In this document: piece after piece, positions 1-8,663 of the stretch
How positions within the stretch are numbered: the first letter of the stretch is position 1
Layout of the letters: the number at the start of each line of letters is the position of its first letter
Assembly (NCBI GenBank): GCA_023412845.1
Contig: JAEZRH010000172.1
Span: 7,051-71,050, forward strand
DNA from: Bacillota bacterium
GTDB taxonomy: Bacteria; Bacillota; Clostridia; Oscillospirales; Acutalibacteraceae
Length of the DNA: 64,000 bases
Reading direction: 5' to 3'
The notes under the pieces: model-generated
The model's input: the letters and a program-made list of their open reading frames with translations, nothing else
Databases searched by the model: none
What the model was told of the DNA's origin: nothing
Position numbers and translations under genes: made by a program

Positions 1-2070
1 CTTGTGGCCGCCGTGCGGGCGGGCACCGACGCCGTGTATCTTGGGGCCCCGCGCTTCAGCGCGAGGGCGGGGGCGAAAAATTTCGGGCCGGAGGAGCTGC
101 GGTCCGCCGTGGAATACTGCCACGCGCGCGGCGTGAAGGTCTACCTTGCGGTCAACACGCTTCTGCTCGACGGCGAACTCGCCGACGCGCTGAAACTTGT
201 ACGCTTCGCGTGCGGGCTCCCCGTCGACGCGCTCCTCGTGCAGGACATGGGGCTTCTGCGCCTTCTGCGCCGATGCGCGCCGGGGCTTCGCCTGCACGCC
301 TCCACGCAGACGGGGGTGCACACCGCGGCGGGCGCCTCCGCGCTGCTTGAAGCCGGCTTTGCGCGCGTCGTGCTTGCGCGGGAACTGTCTCTGGAAGAAA
401 TCGCGCGGATCCACGCCCTCTGCCCCATCGAACTCGAAACGTTCGTCCACGGGGCGCAGTGCATGTCCGTCAGCGGACAGTGCTATTTCAGCTCGGTGCT
501 CGGCTCGCGCAGCGGCAACCGCGGGCTGTGCGCCCAGCCCTGCCGCCTGCCGTTCTCCGCGCCGGGCGGGACGGGGCACGACCTGAGCCTTCGCGACCTT
601 TCGATGATCGTCCGCGCCGGGGAGCTTGCGCGGGCCGGTTCGGTGTGCCTGAAAATCGAAGGGCGGCTCAAGCGCCCGGAATACGTCGCGGCCGCCACGC
701 GCGCGTGCCGCCTGGCCGCGGACGGTCTGGAAGTCCCGCAGGAGCTTCTGGATTCCCTCGGCGCCGTATTTTCGCGTTCCGGCTTCACGACCGGCTACGC
801 GGACGGGAAACGCGGCCGTCAGATGTTTGGCGTCCGCTCCCGGGAAGACGTGGCCGGGGCGACGGAAACGGTCCTCCGCGGGCTGCGCGGATACTATTCC
901 GCCGAAACGGCGAAAATACCGGTTGATTTTACTGTGAAAATACCCTATAATAAACCGGCGTTTCTTCTTGTCCGCGACGCGGACGGCGTCACGGCCCGCG
1001 CGGAAGGACCCGCGGCGGAGCCTGCGCGCACCCGTCCCCTGACGGAGGATTTCTGCGCGGAGCACCTGAAAAAGACGGGCGGTACGCCGTTTTTCGTGCG
1101 GAATTTCTCCTGTGAGATCGGCGAAGGACTTTCCCTTCCGGTTTCCGAACTGAACCGCATGCGCAGGGAAGCCCTTGCGGAGCTGGAGCGCCTGCGCGCC
1201 GTCCGCCCTGCCGTTCCCTTTTCCCCGCCCGCGGCCGTGCCAACGGAAAAGCGCCGGGCGGAAGCCGCCAGCCGGGCGGAAAGCCTGCGCCTGCGCGCCC
1301 GCTTTCCCGGAACGGAACTGCCGCAGCAGGCGAAAAGCTGCGAGCTCGTCTTTGTTCCGTGCACCGCGGACCCGCATCTGCTGGCCCATCTGCTGGAAAG
1401 CGGCTTTCCCATCGGCGTAGAACTGCCGCGCGGCCTGTTCGGCATGGAGGACTCCGTCCGCCGCAGGCTGGAGCTGGCGTCGGCCGCCGGCGTGCGCGAC
1501 GTCTGGGCCGGAAACCTCGACGGGGCGAAGATCGCGCTGGAGGCGAGGCTTCTCGTCCACGGCGGTTTTACGCTGAACATCGCGAACACCGAGGCACTCG
1601 AGTGGTACCGCGAATTCGGACTTGCCGACGCCGAGCTTTCTCCGGAACTGAAGCTCTCGCAGGCGGCGGCGGTCGGAGGCGGACTTCCCCGCGGGATCCT
1701 TCTATACGGCAGGATCCCGCTCATGCTGTGCCGGTGCTGCCCGGCGGCGAACTCCCCGCGCGGATGCCTGCACTGCAAAACGGCTCCGGAGCCCGGCAGG
1801 CGGCCGGAGCTGACCGACCGCCGCGGGGTGAAATTCCCGGTGCAGTGCCTCGGGGCCGGCAGCGAGGTGCTCAATTCCGTGCCGCTGTATCTTGCGGACC
1901 GCCTCGCGGACGTAAAAAATGCGGACTTCGGGCTGCTCCGCTTCTCGACGGAAAGCCCGGAGGAAGCCGGGAGCATCATCGGCCGCTATCTTGCGGCCCG
2001 CGAAGGCGAAGCGCCCGGCATGGAGCCGGGGACGTTCACCCGGGGCCTTTTCTACCGGGGAATGGAATAA
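1..2070 (+). CDS. U32 family peptidase / RlhA-like protein, 5'-truncated by window edge
   Basis: DAVYLG, HASTQ, LAREL, ETFVHGAQC.S.SGQC, SGNRGLCAQPCR and LKIEGR motifs; frame is open to position 1. Confidence 0.88.
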   Translation, partial: LVAAVRAGTDAVYLGAPRFSARAGAKNFGPEELRSAVEYCHARGVKVYLAVNTLLLDGELADALKLVRFACGLPVDALLVQDMGLLRLLRRCAPGLRLHASTQTGVHTAAGASALLEAGFARVVLARELSLEEIARIHALCPIELETFVHGAQCMSVSGQCYFSSVLGSRSGNRGLCAQPCRLPFSAPGGTGHDLSLRDLSMIVRAGELARAGSVCLKIEGRLKRPEYVAAATRACRLAADGLEVPQELLDSLGAVFSRSGFTTGYADGKRGRQMFGVRSREDVAGATETVLRGLRGYYSAETAKIPVDFTVKIPYNKPAFLLVRDADGVTARAEGPAAEPARTRPLTEDFCAEHLKKTGGTPFFVRNFSCEIGEGLSLPVSELNRMRREALAELERLRAVRPAVPFSPPAAVPTEKRRAEAASRAESLRLRARFPGTELPQQAKSCELVFVPCTADPHLLAHLLESGFPIGVELPRGLFGMEDSVRRRLELASAAGVRDVWAGNLDGAKIALEARLLVHGGFTLNIANTEALEWYREFGLADAELSPELKLSQAAAVGGGLPRGILLYGRIPLMLCRCCPAANSPRGCLHCKTAPEPGRRPELTDRRGVKFPVQCLGAGSEVLNSVPLYLADRLADVKNADFGLLRFSTESPEEAGSIIGRYLAAREGEAPGMEPGTFTRGLFYRGME
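923..951 (+). promoter_or_regulatory. possible internal sigmaA promoter
   Basis: TTGATT-17bp-TATAAT in a locally AT-rich patch of a GC-rich CDS. Confidence 0.4.
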
Positions 2071-2117
2071 AATGTGGATTTGCCGTATCAATAACGCTCT
2101 GGGGTGAATATACTTTC

Positions 2118-2564
2118 ATGCAGAAAGAAGTTAAAATCAAACGGCTCAGCGAAAAAGCGGTCATGCCCACGCGCGGAAGCGACGGCGCCGCCGGCCTCGA
2201 CCTGTACGCCTGCCTCGACGCTCCCGTCACCATAGAACCGCGCGGCCTCTACCGCATTCCGACCGGCATCGCCATCGCGTTGCCGGACAAAGGTACCGTT
2301 GGGCTCGTCTTCGCGCGCAGCGGCCTCGGCGTAAAGCACGGCGTATCCCTCCCGAACGCCGTCGGCGTCATCGACAGCGACTACCGCGGCGAGATCATCG
2401 TCGGCATCGGCAACACCGGCGGCGAGCCGTATGTTCTTTCCCCGGGCGAAAGATTTGCGCAGCTTGTGGTCATGCCGGTGTACGAGTCCGTTCTGACGGA
2501 AACCGACGACCTCGGCGAAACGGAACGCGGCAGCGGGGGCTTCGGCTCCACTGGAAAGACCTGA
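2118..2564 (+). CDS. dut: dUTP diphosphatase
   Basis: AAGLDL, ARSGLG, GVIDSDYRGEI, AQLVV and RGSGGFGSTG motifs; the true gene is the 3' end of track ORF 1359..2564, ATG at 2118. Confidence 0.96.
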   Translation: MQKEVKIKRLSEKAVMPTRGSDGAAGLDLYACLDAPVTIEPRGLYRIPTGIAIALPDKGTVGLVFARSGLGVKHGVSLPNAVGVIDSDYRGEIIVGIGNTGGEPYVLSPGERFAQLVVMPVYESVLTETDDLGETERGSGGFGSTGKT

Positions 2565-2637
2565 AGCGCCGGCCGTGCATGCAGGCTCAGCCTGCCCGGC
2601 GCTTCGCATGATTTCAGAATCAGGGGAAATGAATCGG

Positions 2638-2904
2638 ATGAAAAAGGGTATCATAAAAACGCTTCTGTTCGTTGTTTTGATCCTTCTGGCGATTGTTCTG
2701 GGCAAGGCGGCCGCCGCGGCCTTTGCGGGCATCCGTTTTCTTTCGTGGCTCGGCATTGCGGCAAAATTCGGCGTTTCCACCGTGACGGTAGACCTCGCCG
2801 TGATGCAGGTCACGTTCGGCATGATGATCGACATCAATGTGGCCCAGGCGCTGCTGCTCCTTCTTGCCATTTTTCTGTATACGAGAATTCAAGTAAAAGG
2901 ATAG
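2638..2904 (+). CDS. small membrane protein, DUF4321-like
   Basis: hydrophobic ~88 aa with TVDL.V...TFG....IN pattern; located between dut and maf as is common in Clostridia; start may be 2629 or 2638. Confidence 0.65.
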   Translation: MKKGIIKTLLFVVLILLAIVLGKAAAAAFAGIRFLSWLGIAAKFGVSTVTVDLAVMQVTFGMMIDINVAQALLLLLAIFLYTRIQVKG

Positions 2905-2914
2905 GGATTATACC

Positions 2915-3505
2915 ATGTTAGTGCTTGCATCTTCATCCCCCAGGCGCAGCACGATCCTCACCATGGCCGGGTACGAATTCACGGTCGTTCCGGCGAAAGT
3001 CAGCGAAACGGTCCTGCGGGGCACCCCGCCCATGCAGATCGTCGAGCAGCTTTCCACGCGCAAGGCGGAGGCCGTTGCAAAGCTGCACCCCGACGATACT
3101 ATTCTGGCCGCCGACACGATCGTCGTGATGAAGGGGCGCATCCTCGGCAAACCGAAAGATGAAGAAACGGCGAAGGCCATGCTGAAGCTTTTGTCCGGGA
3201 ACGTACATCAGGTTTACACCGGTTATACCGTGATCAGCGGCAAGGAACTCGTCTGCGGGCACGAATGCACGTCCGTCGAGTTCTACGCGCTGTCCCAGGA
3301 GGAGGTCGACGCCTACGTCGTCACGGGCGAACCGCTCGACAAGGCGGGTGCGTACGGGATCCAGGGGCGGGGTTCGCTGTTCGTGAAGCGCATCAACGGC
3401 GACTTTTACAACGTGATGGGCCTGCCCGTTGCAAAAGTACACCGCATTCTGGAAAACCTGAACGCACAGCCGGAGAAAAATCTGGAGAACGCGCCGAATC
3501 TTTGA
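2915..3505 (+). CDS. maf: Maf/YhdE nucleoside triphosphate pyrophosphatase
   Basis: LASSSPRR, AADTIV, GKP, DKAGAYGIQG and NVMGLP motifs. Confidence 0.95.
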   Translation: MLVLASSSPRRSTILTMAGYEFTVVPAKVSETVLRGTPPMQIVEQLSTRKAEAVAKLHPDDTILAADTIVVMKGRILGKPKDEETAKAMLKLLSGNVHQVYTGYTVISGKELVCGHECTSVEFYALSQEEVDAYVVTGEPLDKAGAYGIQGRGSLFVKRINGDFYNVMGLPVAKVHRILENLNAQPEKNLENAPNL

Positions 3506-3513
3506 ATTTTATG

Positions 3514-3543
3514 TTGAAGTATCTACGCCCTTAGGCGTATAAT
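3514..3543 (+). promoter_or_regulatory. sigmaA promoter of mreB
   Basis: TTGAAG-18bp-TATAAT. Confidence 0.5.
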
Positions 3544-3637
3544 AATAAATACTAACAAGTGTGTGCGGAAATTTGGCGGCTACCGGGGAAAATGTGCCAG
3601 CGGAGTGCGCGGATTGCCGGAAAGGGGAAAATTACCG

Positions 3638-4660
3638 ATGTTTTCAAAAGATATAGGCATTGATCTCGGCACAGCGAACACGCTCGTCTTCATGAAAGGC
3701 AAAGGGATCGTGATGCGCGAGCCGTCCGTTGTGGCGGTCGATGTCAGGACCGATACCGTGCTGGCCGTCGGCACCCATGCCAAGGAGATGATCGGCCGTA
3801 CGCCGGGCTCCATCGTCGCGGTGCGCCCCATGAAAGACGGCGTTATCGCCGACTTCGACATCACGGCTACCATGCTCAAGCACTTCATCCGCCAGGCGGT
3901 GAAGTCCACGTCTTTCTCAAAGCCACACATCATCATCTGCATCCCGTCCGGCGTTACGGAAGTGGAGCGCCGCGCCGTTGAGGACGCCGCCCGCCAGGCG
4001 GGCGCCAGCAACGTAGAGCTGATCGAAGAGCCGATGGCTGCGGCAATCGGCGCCGGTCTTCCCGTCGCCGAGCCGACCGGAAGCATGGTGGTGGATATCG
4101 GCGGCGGCACGTCGGAAGTTGCGGTCATTTCCCTCGGCGACATCGTGACTTCCTGTTCGGTGCGCTGCGCGGGCGATAAATTCGACGAATCCATCATTTC
4201 CTATGTCAAGAAAAAATATAACCTCCTCATCGGCGAACGCACTGCCGAGGATATCAAGATCAAGATCGGCTCCGCCTTCCCGACGGAAGACAACGAGGGC
4301 GCCTCCGTCGAGATCAAGGGGCGCAACCTGGTCGACGGACTGCCGAAGAACGTCACCATCAGCGCCGCGGAGGTCCGCGAAGCGCTCGGCGATTCGCTCG
4401 CCCTCATCATCGACGCCATCAAGAGCACGCTTGAAAAAACCCCGCCGGAGCTTTCTGCCGACATCATCGACCACGGCATCATGCTGACGGGCGGCGGCGC
4501 GCTGCTTCGCGGGCTGGACAAGCTTGTCGAGCAGGAAACCGGCATGCCGGTGCATGTGGCGGAAAATCCCCTCGACTGCGTAGTCAACGGCACGGGCAAA
4601 CAACTGGAGGTCAATATGCCGTCCTCTTACTACAAAGCGGAGAAAGCCGCAAAAAAATAA
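3638..4660 (+). CDS. mreB: rod shape-determining protein MreB
   Basis: [30 protein letters not shown] and LTGGGALL motifs; ATG at 3638 after AAAGGGG. Confidence 0.95.
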   Translation: MFSKDIGIDLGTANTLVFMKGKGIVMREPSVVAVDVRTDTVLAVGTHAKEMIGRTPGSIVAVRPMKDGVIADFDITATMLKHFIRQAVKSTSFSKPHIIICIPSGVTEVERRAVEDAARQAGASNVELIEEPMAAAIGAGLPVAEPTGSMVVDIGGGTSEVAVISLGDIVTSCSVRCAGDKFDESIISYVKKKYNLLIGERTAEDIKIKIGSAFPTEDNEGASVEIKGRNLVDGLPKNVTISAAEVREALGDSLALIIDAIKSTLEKTPPELSADIIDHGIMLTGGGALLRGLDKLVEQETGMPVHVAENPLDCVVNGTGKQLEVNMPSSYYKAEKAAKK

Positions 4661-4708
4661 CAGCGTAAACGCTGCATCAACGATTCACCGTCAAACTTCT
4701 ACAAAGCG

Positions 4709-4753
4709 ATAGAAAGAGCGTACCCCGTGCGAAGGGTACGCTCTTTCTATTTT
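4709..4753 (+). terminator. intrinsic terminator after mreB (possibly bidirectional with tadA)
   Basis: ATAGAAAGAGCGTACCC / GGGTACGCTCTTTCTAT perfect stem followed by T run. Confidence 0.85.
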
Positions 4754-4874
4754 AATCTGCAATCTATTGAGGGCATACCCGGAGCCGTCTGAGGGAGCCG
4801 CCCGGACCTCTCACGCCAGGGCAGGCTTTTTTTGCCTGGCAAAACGGCGGGGCGTGACGGCGCAGGCACTGCGC

Positions 4875-5330
4875 CTATTTTCTGAGGCTTCGAAAAAAAT
4901 CGGTGAGCAGGGCGGCGCATTCCTTTTCCAGCACGCCCGAAGTGACCTGCGGCCTGTGGTTGTACGGCAGGGCGAACAAGTCGACCACAGAGCCGCACGA
5001 GCCCGCTTTCGGGTCGCGCGCGCCGAAAACGACGCGCGCGATACGCGCGTTGATGACCGCCCCGGCGCACATGGGGCAGGGCTCCAGCGTCACATACAGC
5101 TCGCACTGCCACAGCCGCCAGCCGCCGAGCGCCTCGCACGATTTTCCGATTGCTTCCAGCTCCGCGTGGAGCAGCGCGCTTTTGCCCGTCTCGCGGCGGT
5201 TGCGCCCGCAGGCGACGATTTTCCCGTCCCTGACGATCACCGCGCCGACCGGCACCTCGCCCTCCGCGGCGGATTCCCGCGCGAGCGCGATGGCCCGGCG
5301 CATGAAAAATTCATCCTGTCCCGCCGTCAT
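4875..5330 (-). CDS. tadA: tRNA adenosine(34) deaminase
   Basis: GEVPVGAV, HAE, LYVTLEPCPMCAGA and DPKAG motifs. Confidence 0.95.
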   Translation of the reverse strand: MTAGQDEFFMRRAIALARESAAEGEVPVGAVIVRDGKIVACGRNRRETGKSALLHAELEAIGKSCEALGGWRLWQCELYVTLEPCPMCAGAVINARIARVVFGARDPKAGSCGSVVDLFALPYNHRPQVTSGVLEKECAALLTDFFRSLRK

Positions 5331-5335
5331 GTTTT

Positions 5336-6358
5336 TCAGCCGCCCTCATACAGGGTCATCACGGAACTGACGAGAGCGTAGGCGATGAAGAACACCGCCC
5401 CCGCGTTTGCAAACAGGGAGCCGATTTTGGAAGAAAACGGCAGGGCGGACGATGCGCGCCTGTCGAAACGCGGCCTTTCGCGGCCCGACGCGATGAGGTA
5501 GACCAACCCGACGGCACCCAGGGCGATCAGCGCGATGCCCGCGACATTGTTCACGTTCTGCATGACGCTTTCGCCGCCGTACCTCTGGACCATGTCAAGG
5601 GCGAACGAAAGCGCGTTGTTGGTAAAGTGGATGAGGATGGACGGCAGCAGCGAACCCGTGCGTATCACGGCATAGCCCATCGCCAGCCCGCACAAAAAAG
5701 CGAACACCATCTGAATGAAATTGGCGTGATACAGACCGAACAGAGCCGCCGAGGCCACCACGGCGAATCCGTCGCCGAACCTGCGCAGGCTCTGCAAAGC
5801 CGCGCCGCGGAACAGCATCTCTTCCACAATGGGCGGAATGACGCAGACGTTCACGGCGTAAAGCGCCAGCACGCGCCAGTCGTCCGTCAGCGGATACGAC
5901 GGCAGCGTGCCGCTGAAGCCGAAATATTTCTGGATCTGCGCGACGGCATCGGCCGGGATGTTGGCGAGCATGCAGACCCCGACGCCGAAAAACACGTACG
6001 CCGCGGCTGCGAGCGCCCCCGTCTTCCGAAACGGGAGTCCCACGGAGAGCGGCATCCGTTTCGCGGCAAAATACAGCAGGGCGGGCAGCCCGACGCCGAT
6101 CAGATATTCCACCCCCATCAGAAGGTAAAACAAAACAGGCGGCAGGCCGTAAAAATTCTCGTAACTGCCCTGGATCGTGAACCCGCGCGCGCCCAGGAGC
6201 TGCGCGCAGGCCACCACGACTACGTTCATCAGGACCGGCGCCGCCAGCACGGCGAAGCATATCCCGCTGGAGGTCCTGCGAAGCTGCCTGCGTTCTTCGT
6301 GCGCGGCCGCGTAGTACACGTAATTGGGGCCGTACGGCCCATCGGGTGAAAAATACAT
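5336..6358 (-). CDS. CPBP (CAAX/Abi) family intramembrane metalloprotease
   Basis: EEMLFRG, FGLYH and HFTNN motifs with multiple TM helices; start taken at MYFSPDG. Confidence 0.88.
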   Translation of the reverse strand: MYFSPDGPYGPNYVYYAAAHEERRQLRRTSSGICFAVLAAPVLMNVVVVACAQLLGARGFTIQGSYENFYGLPPVLFYLLMGVEYLIGVGLPALLYFAAKRMPLSVGLPFRKTGALAAAAYVFFGVGVCMLANIPADAVAQIQKYFGFSGTLPSYPLTDDWRVLALYAVNVCVIPPIVEEMLFRGAALQSLRRFGDGFAVVASAALFGLYHANFIQMVFAFLCGLAMGYAVIRTGSLLPSILIHFTNNALSFALDMVQRYGGESVMQNVNNVAGIALIALGAVGLVYLIASGRERPRFDRRASSALPFSSKIGSLFANAGAVFFIAYALVSSVMTLYEGG

Positions 6359-6430
6359 AATACGGTTTCTCCTGACTCTGAATTGAAAGGGAAAACGCCT
6401 GCGGCCCGAAGCCGGGGACGTATTCATATT

Positions 6431-6459
6431 ATGGTATCACCCGCGGTGCCATTCGTCAA
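6431..6459 (-). promoter_or_regulatory. sigmaA promoter of CPBP-tadA
   Basis: TTGACG-17bp-TACCAT with extended TG. Confidence 0.55.
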
Positions 6460-6461
6460 GC

Positions 6462-6690
6462 GGGCACAAAGCGCCTTTCGGCCCGTCGCAGGCGTGTAAG
6501 GCGCTTTGCGCCCAAAGTCCGAACAAGGTGGGAGCTTCAAACTCCTATAGAGAGGGGACCTAACCGCTTCCCCTTGCACCCCCGGCACCCGTCATCCGCC
6601 TCGGTGCGACCGAAGAATCTTTCGGGTCTTCCTTGGCGTCAGGGCACGTAAAGTTTAGCGTTTCAGGCTGAAAAAAGCGGGAGCGTCCCT
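6462..6690 (-). ncRNA. candidate structured ncRNA, family not identified
   Basis: hand-folded rod 6558-6668 plus 3' hairpin 6462-6513; several mismatches on + are G-U pairs on -; no credible ORF. Confidence 0.45.
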
Positions 6691-6846
6691 AAATAAGCCT
6701 TATTTTTACTTGACTGGACAGCGGGGCATGGGAGCGGACACAGTCCGCTCCAAACGGCGACACGCCGCCGGAAGCTGCCTCCGGCTGTTCGGGCAAAGAA
6801 GGCCCTGATTTCCGCGCAATTCCACGCCCGGCCGCGCCATGCAGGC

Positions 6847-7674
6847 TCAGCCTGTAAATTGAATCCGGTTGATCGTGATCACGTGCAGGAGGTTGTTCAG
6901 CCGAAGCATCAGCCCGCACAGCAGGCCCCAGGAGGAAAAGATTTTGGTGCGGAAGCACAGCGGGTAGCTTTCCAGCCGCCTGAGCCCGATGCCCCAGCGC
7001 TCCATATCGCGGGCGCTGCGCAGGCCCCATTTCATCCCTGCGCCGACGATGCCGGACTTGCGCACCATGGCGCTGGAAAAGCGGATCCCTTTCGGCGCGA
7101 TGGCGTCGAATACGATTTCTCCGCCCGGGAACCTCTGCGACAGCATGGTGAGAAAGGACCGCACCCTTTCTTCCTCAAAATACATCAGCACACCGCCCAC
7201 AAGGAACAGGATTCCATCCTGCGGCGGTTCGATGTCCTCGAGGAAAGTCGGGTCGAACATGGATTTTGGAATGCGCACCTGGCCCGCGTTCTCCGAAAGG
7301 AGCTCGCCCCGCAGGCGGATCACTTCCGGCACATCGAGGTCGTACCAGCGGATCTGCCCGTTGTTGACGCGGTAAAAGGTCGTGTCGAGACCCGCGCCGA
7401 TGTTCACGATCGTGGCGCACGGATGCTCCTGGATGAAATCGCGGATGAGAGAATCGAACTCCTTGGCACGTATGGCCAGACACAGAATCGTAAAGCGTTT
7501 CATTCCGGAATGGAACGAAGAAAAATCGTAATCGAGCCGATTGATGATCTCAACGGCCTTGCGGTCCCGCAGGACCGGATCGCGCATCTTTGTTTCCTCG
7601 GCCCTTCCCCACAGCGGGAGAAGAAGCGTTTCGTGAACGTTCCTGAGGTCGACCCTGACTTTTACGCCTTCCAT
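6847..7674 (-). CDS. class I SAM-dependent methyltransferase (LCM/TcmP/YktD-like)
   Basis: ETLLLPLWGRA, VNIGAGLDT, WYDLDVPEVI and GVLMYF motifs. Confidence 0.88.
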   Translation of the reverse strand: MEGVKVRVDLRNVHETLLLPLWGRAEETKMRDPVLRDRKAVEIINRLDYDFSSFHSGMKRFTILCLAIRAKEFDSLIRDFIQEHPCATIVNIGAGLDTTFYRVNNGQIRWYDLDVPEVIRLRGELLSENAGQVRIPKSMFDPTFLEDIEPPQDGILFLVGGVLMYFEEERVRSFLTMLSQRFPGGEIVFDAIAPKGIRFSSAMVRKSGIVGAGMKWGLRSARDMERWGIGLRRLESYPLCFRTKIFSSWGLLCGLMLRLNNLLHVITINRIQFTG

Positions 7675-7743
7675 GCCGATTGCCTCCTTACTGCCGGATT
7701 CTCACTGCACATTCGGATTTTCATAACAAACACCGTTCCTTTT

Positions 7744-8658
7744 TCAGCCATAGATTTTCTTGCTGAAATAGCGGTCGCCGCGGTCCGGCAGAATGACCAC
7801 CAGATTGCTGCCGTGCGGCGCTTCCTCGGCGGCCTTCCTTGCTGCGGAAAGCGCCGCGCCGGACGACGTGCCCGCGAGGATACCTTCCTTTTCGGCCAGC
7901 AGGCGAAGCTCTTCCACGGCTTCGTCATCCGCGATCTTATAGACCTTGTTTACGAGCGAAAAGTTCATCGTCTCCGGCATGAAGGTGTTGCCGATGCCCT
8001 CGATGCCGTAGCTGCCCGGTTCGCCGCCGCCCATGGTGGAGCCGATGGGGTCGGCCATGATGATCTTCACGTCCGGCTTTTTCTCCCGCAGGTATTTGCC
8101 CGCGCCGGAGATCGTTCCGCCGCTGCCGGCGCCCGCCACGAGATAATCCACAAGTCCGTCGAGGTCTTCGTAGATTTCCGGGCCCGTGGTCTCGTAGTGG
8201 GCGCGCGGGTTGGCGGGGTTGCTGAACTGGCTGAGCGAAACGGGGTGTTCCACCTCTTTTTTCAGCTCCTCGACCTTCTCGATGGCTCCCTGCATACCCT
8301 TTTCCTTCGGCGTGTGTACGATCCGGGCGCCGTACGCTTTCATGATGATCTGCTTTTCCTCAGAGAACTTCTCCGGCACCGCAAAGATGACGCGGTAGCC
8401 TTTCCCAAGCGCCGCAAGCGCGATGCCGATGCCCGCGTTGCCCGCCGTGGCTTCCAGAATGGTATATCCGGGCTTCAGGACGCCGCGTTCCTCCGCGTCG
8501 CGCACAAGCGCCGCGCCCATGCGGTCCTTCACGCTGCCGCCCGGATTGAACAGCTCCAGCTTTGCGAACACGTTCCGCCCCGCGGCAAATTCCAGGTGGT
8601 TCAGCTTCACGAGAGGCGTATGTCCGGTCAGGTCGCGCACATCGTTATAATATTTCAT
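7744..8658 (-). CDS. mccA: O-acetylserine-dependent cystathionine beta-synthase (cysteine synthase family)
   Basis: NPGGSVKDR PLP lysine; TAGN and PEKFSEEKQ are MccA-type rather than CysK-type (TSGN / MS.ER); adjacent to cystathionine lyase; alternative GTG start at 8667. Confidence 0.75.
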   Translation of the reverse strand: MKYYNDVRDLTGHTPLVKLNHLEFAAGRNVFAKLELFNPGGSVKDRMGAALVRDAEERGVLKPGYTILEATAGNAGIGIALAALGKGYRVIFAVPEKFSEEKQIIMKAYGARIVHTPKEKGMQGAIEKVEELKKEVEHPVSLSQFSNPANPRAHYETTGPEIYEDLDGLVDYLVAGAGSGGTISGAGKYLREKKPDVKIIMADPIGSTMGGGEPGSYGIEGIGNTFMPETMNFSLVNKVYKIADDEAVEELRLLAEKEGILAGTSSGAALSAARKAAEEAPHGSNLVVILPDRGDRYFSKKIYG

Positions 8659-8663
8659 CTCTC

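Noticed and set aside
1359..2117. Apparent long N-terminal extension or fusion on dUTPase
   Set aside because: It overlaps the U32 gene in another frame; the real dut start with RBS is at 2118
4753..4875. SRP RNA (scr/ffs), which often follows tadA
   Set aside because: The conserved TCAGGTCCGGAAGGAAGCAG domain IV motif is absent on both strands
6540..6630. SAM-I (S-box) riboswitch driving an antisense RNA, as in C. acetobutylicum ubiG-mccBA
   Set aside because: Only fragments resemble it (CCGGCACCC, CGGTGC); the ATCNAGAG/GAT P1 core and the GGCCC pseudoknot are missing, and G-U pairing favours the minus strand
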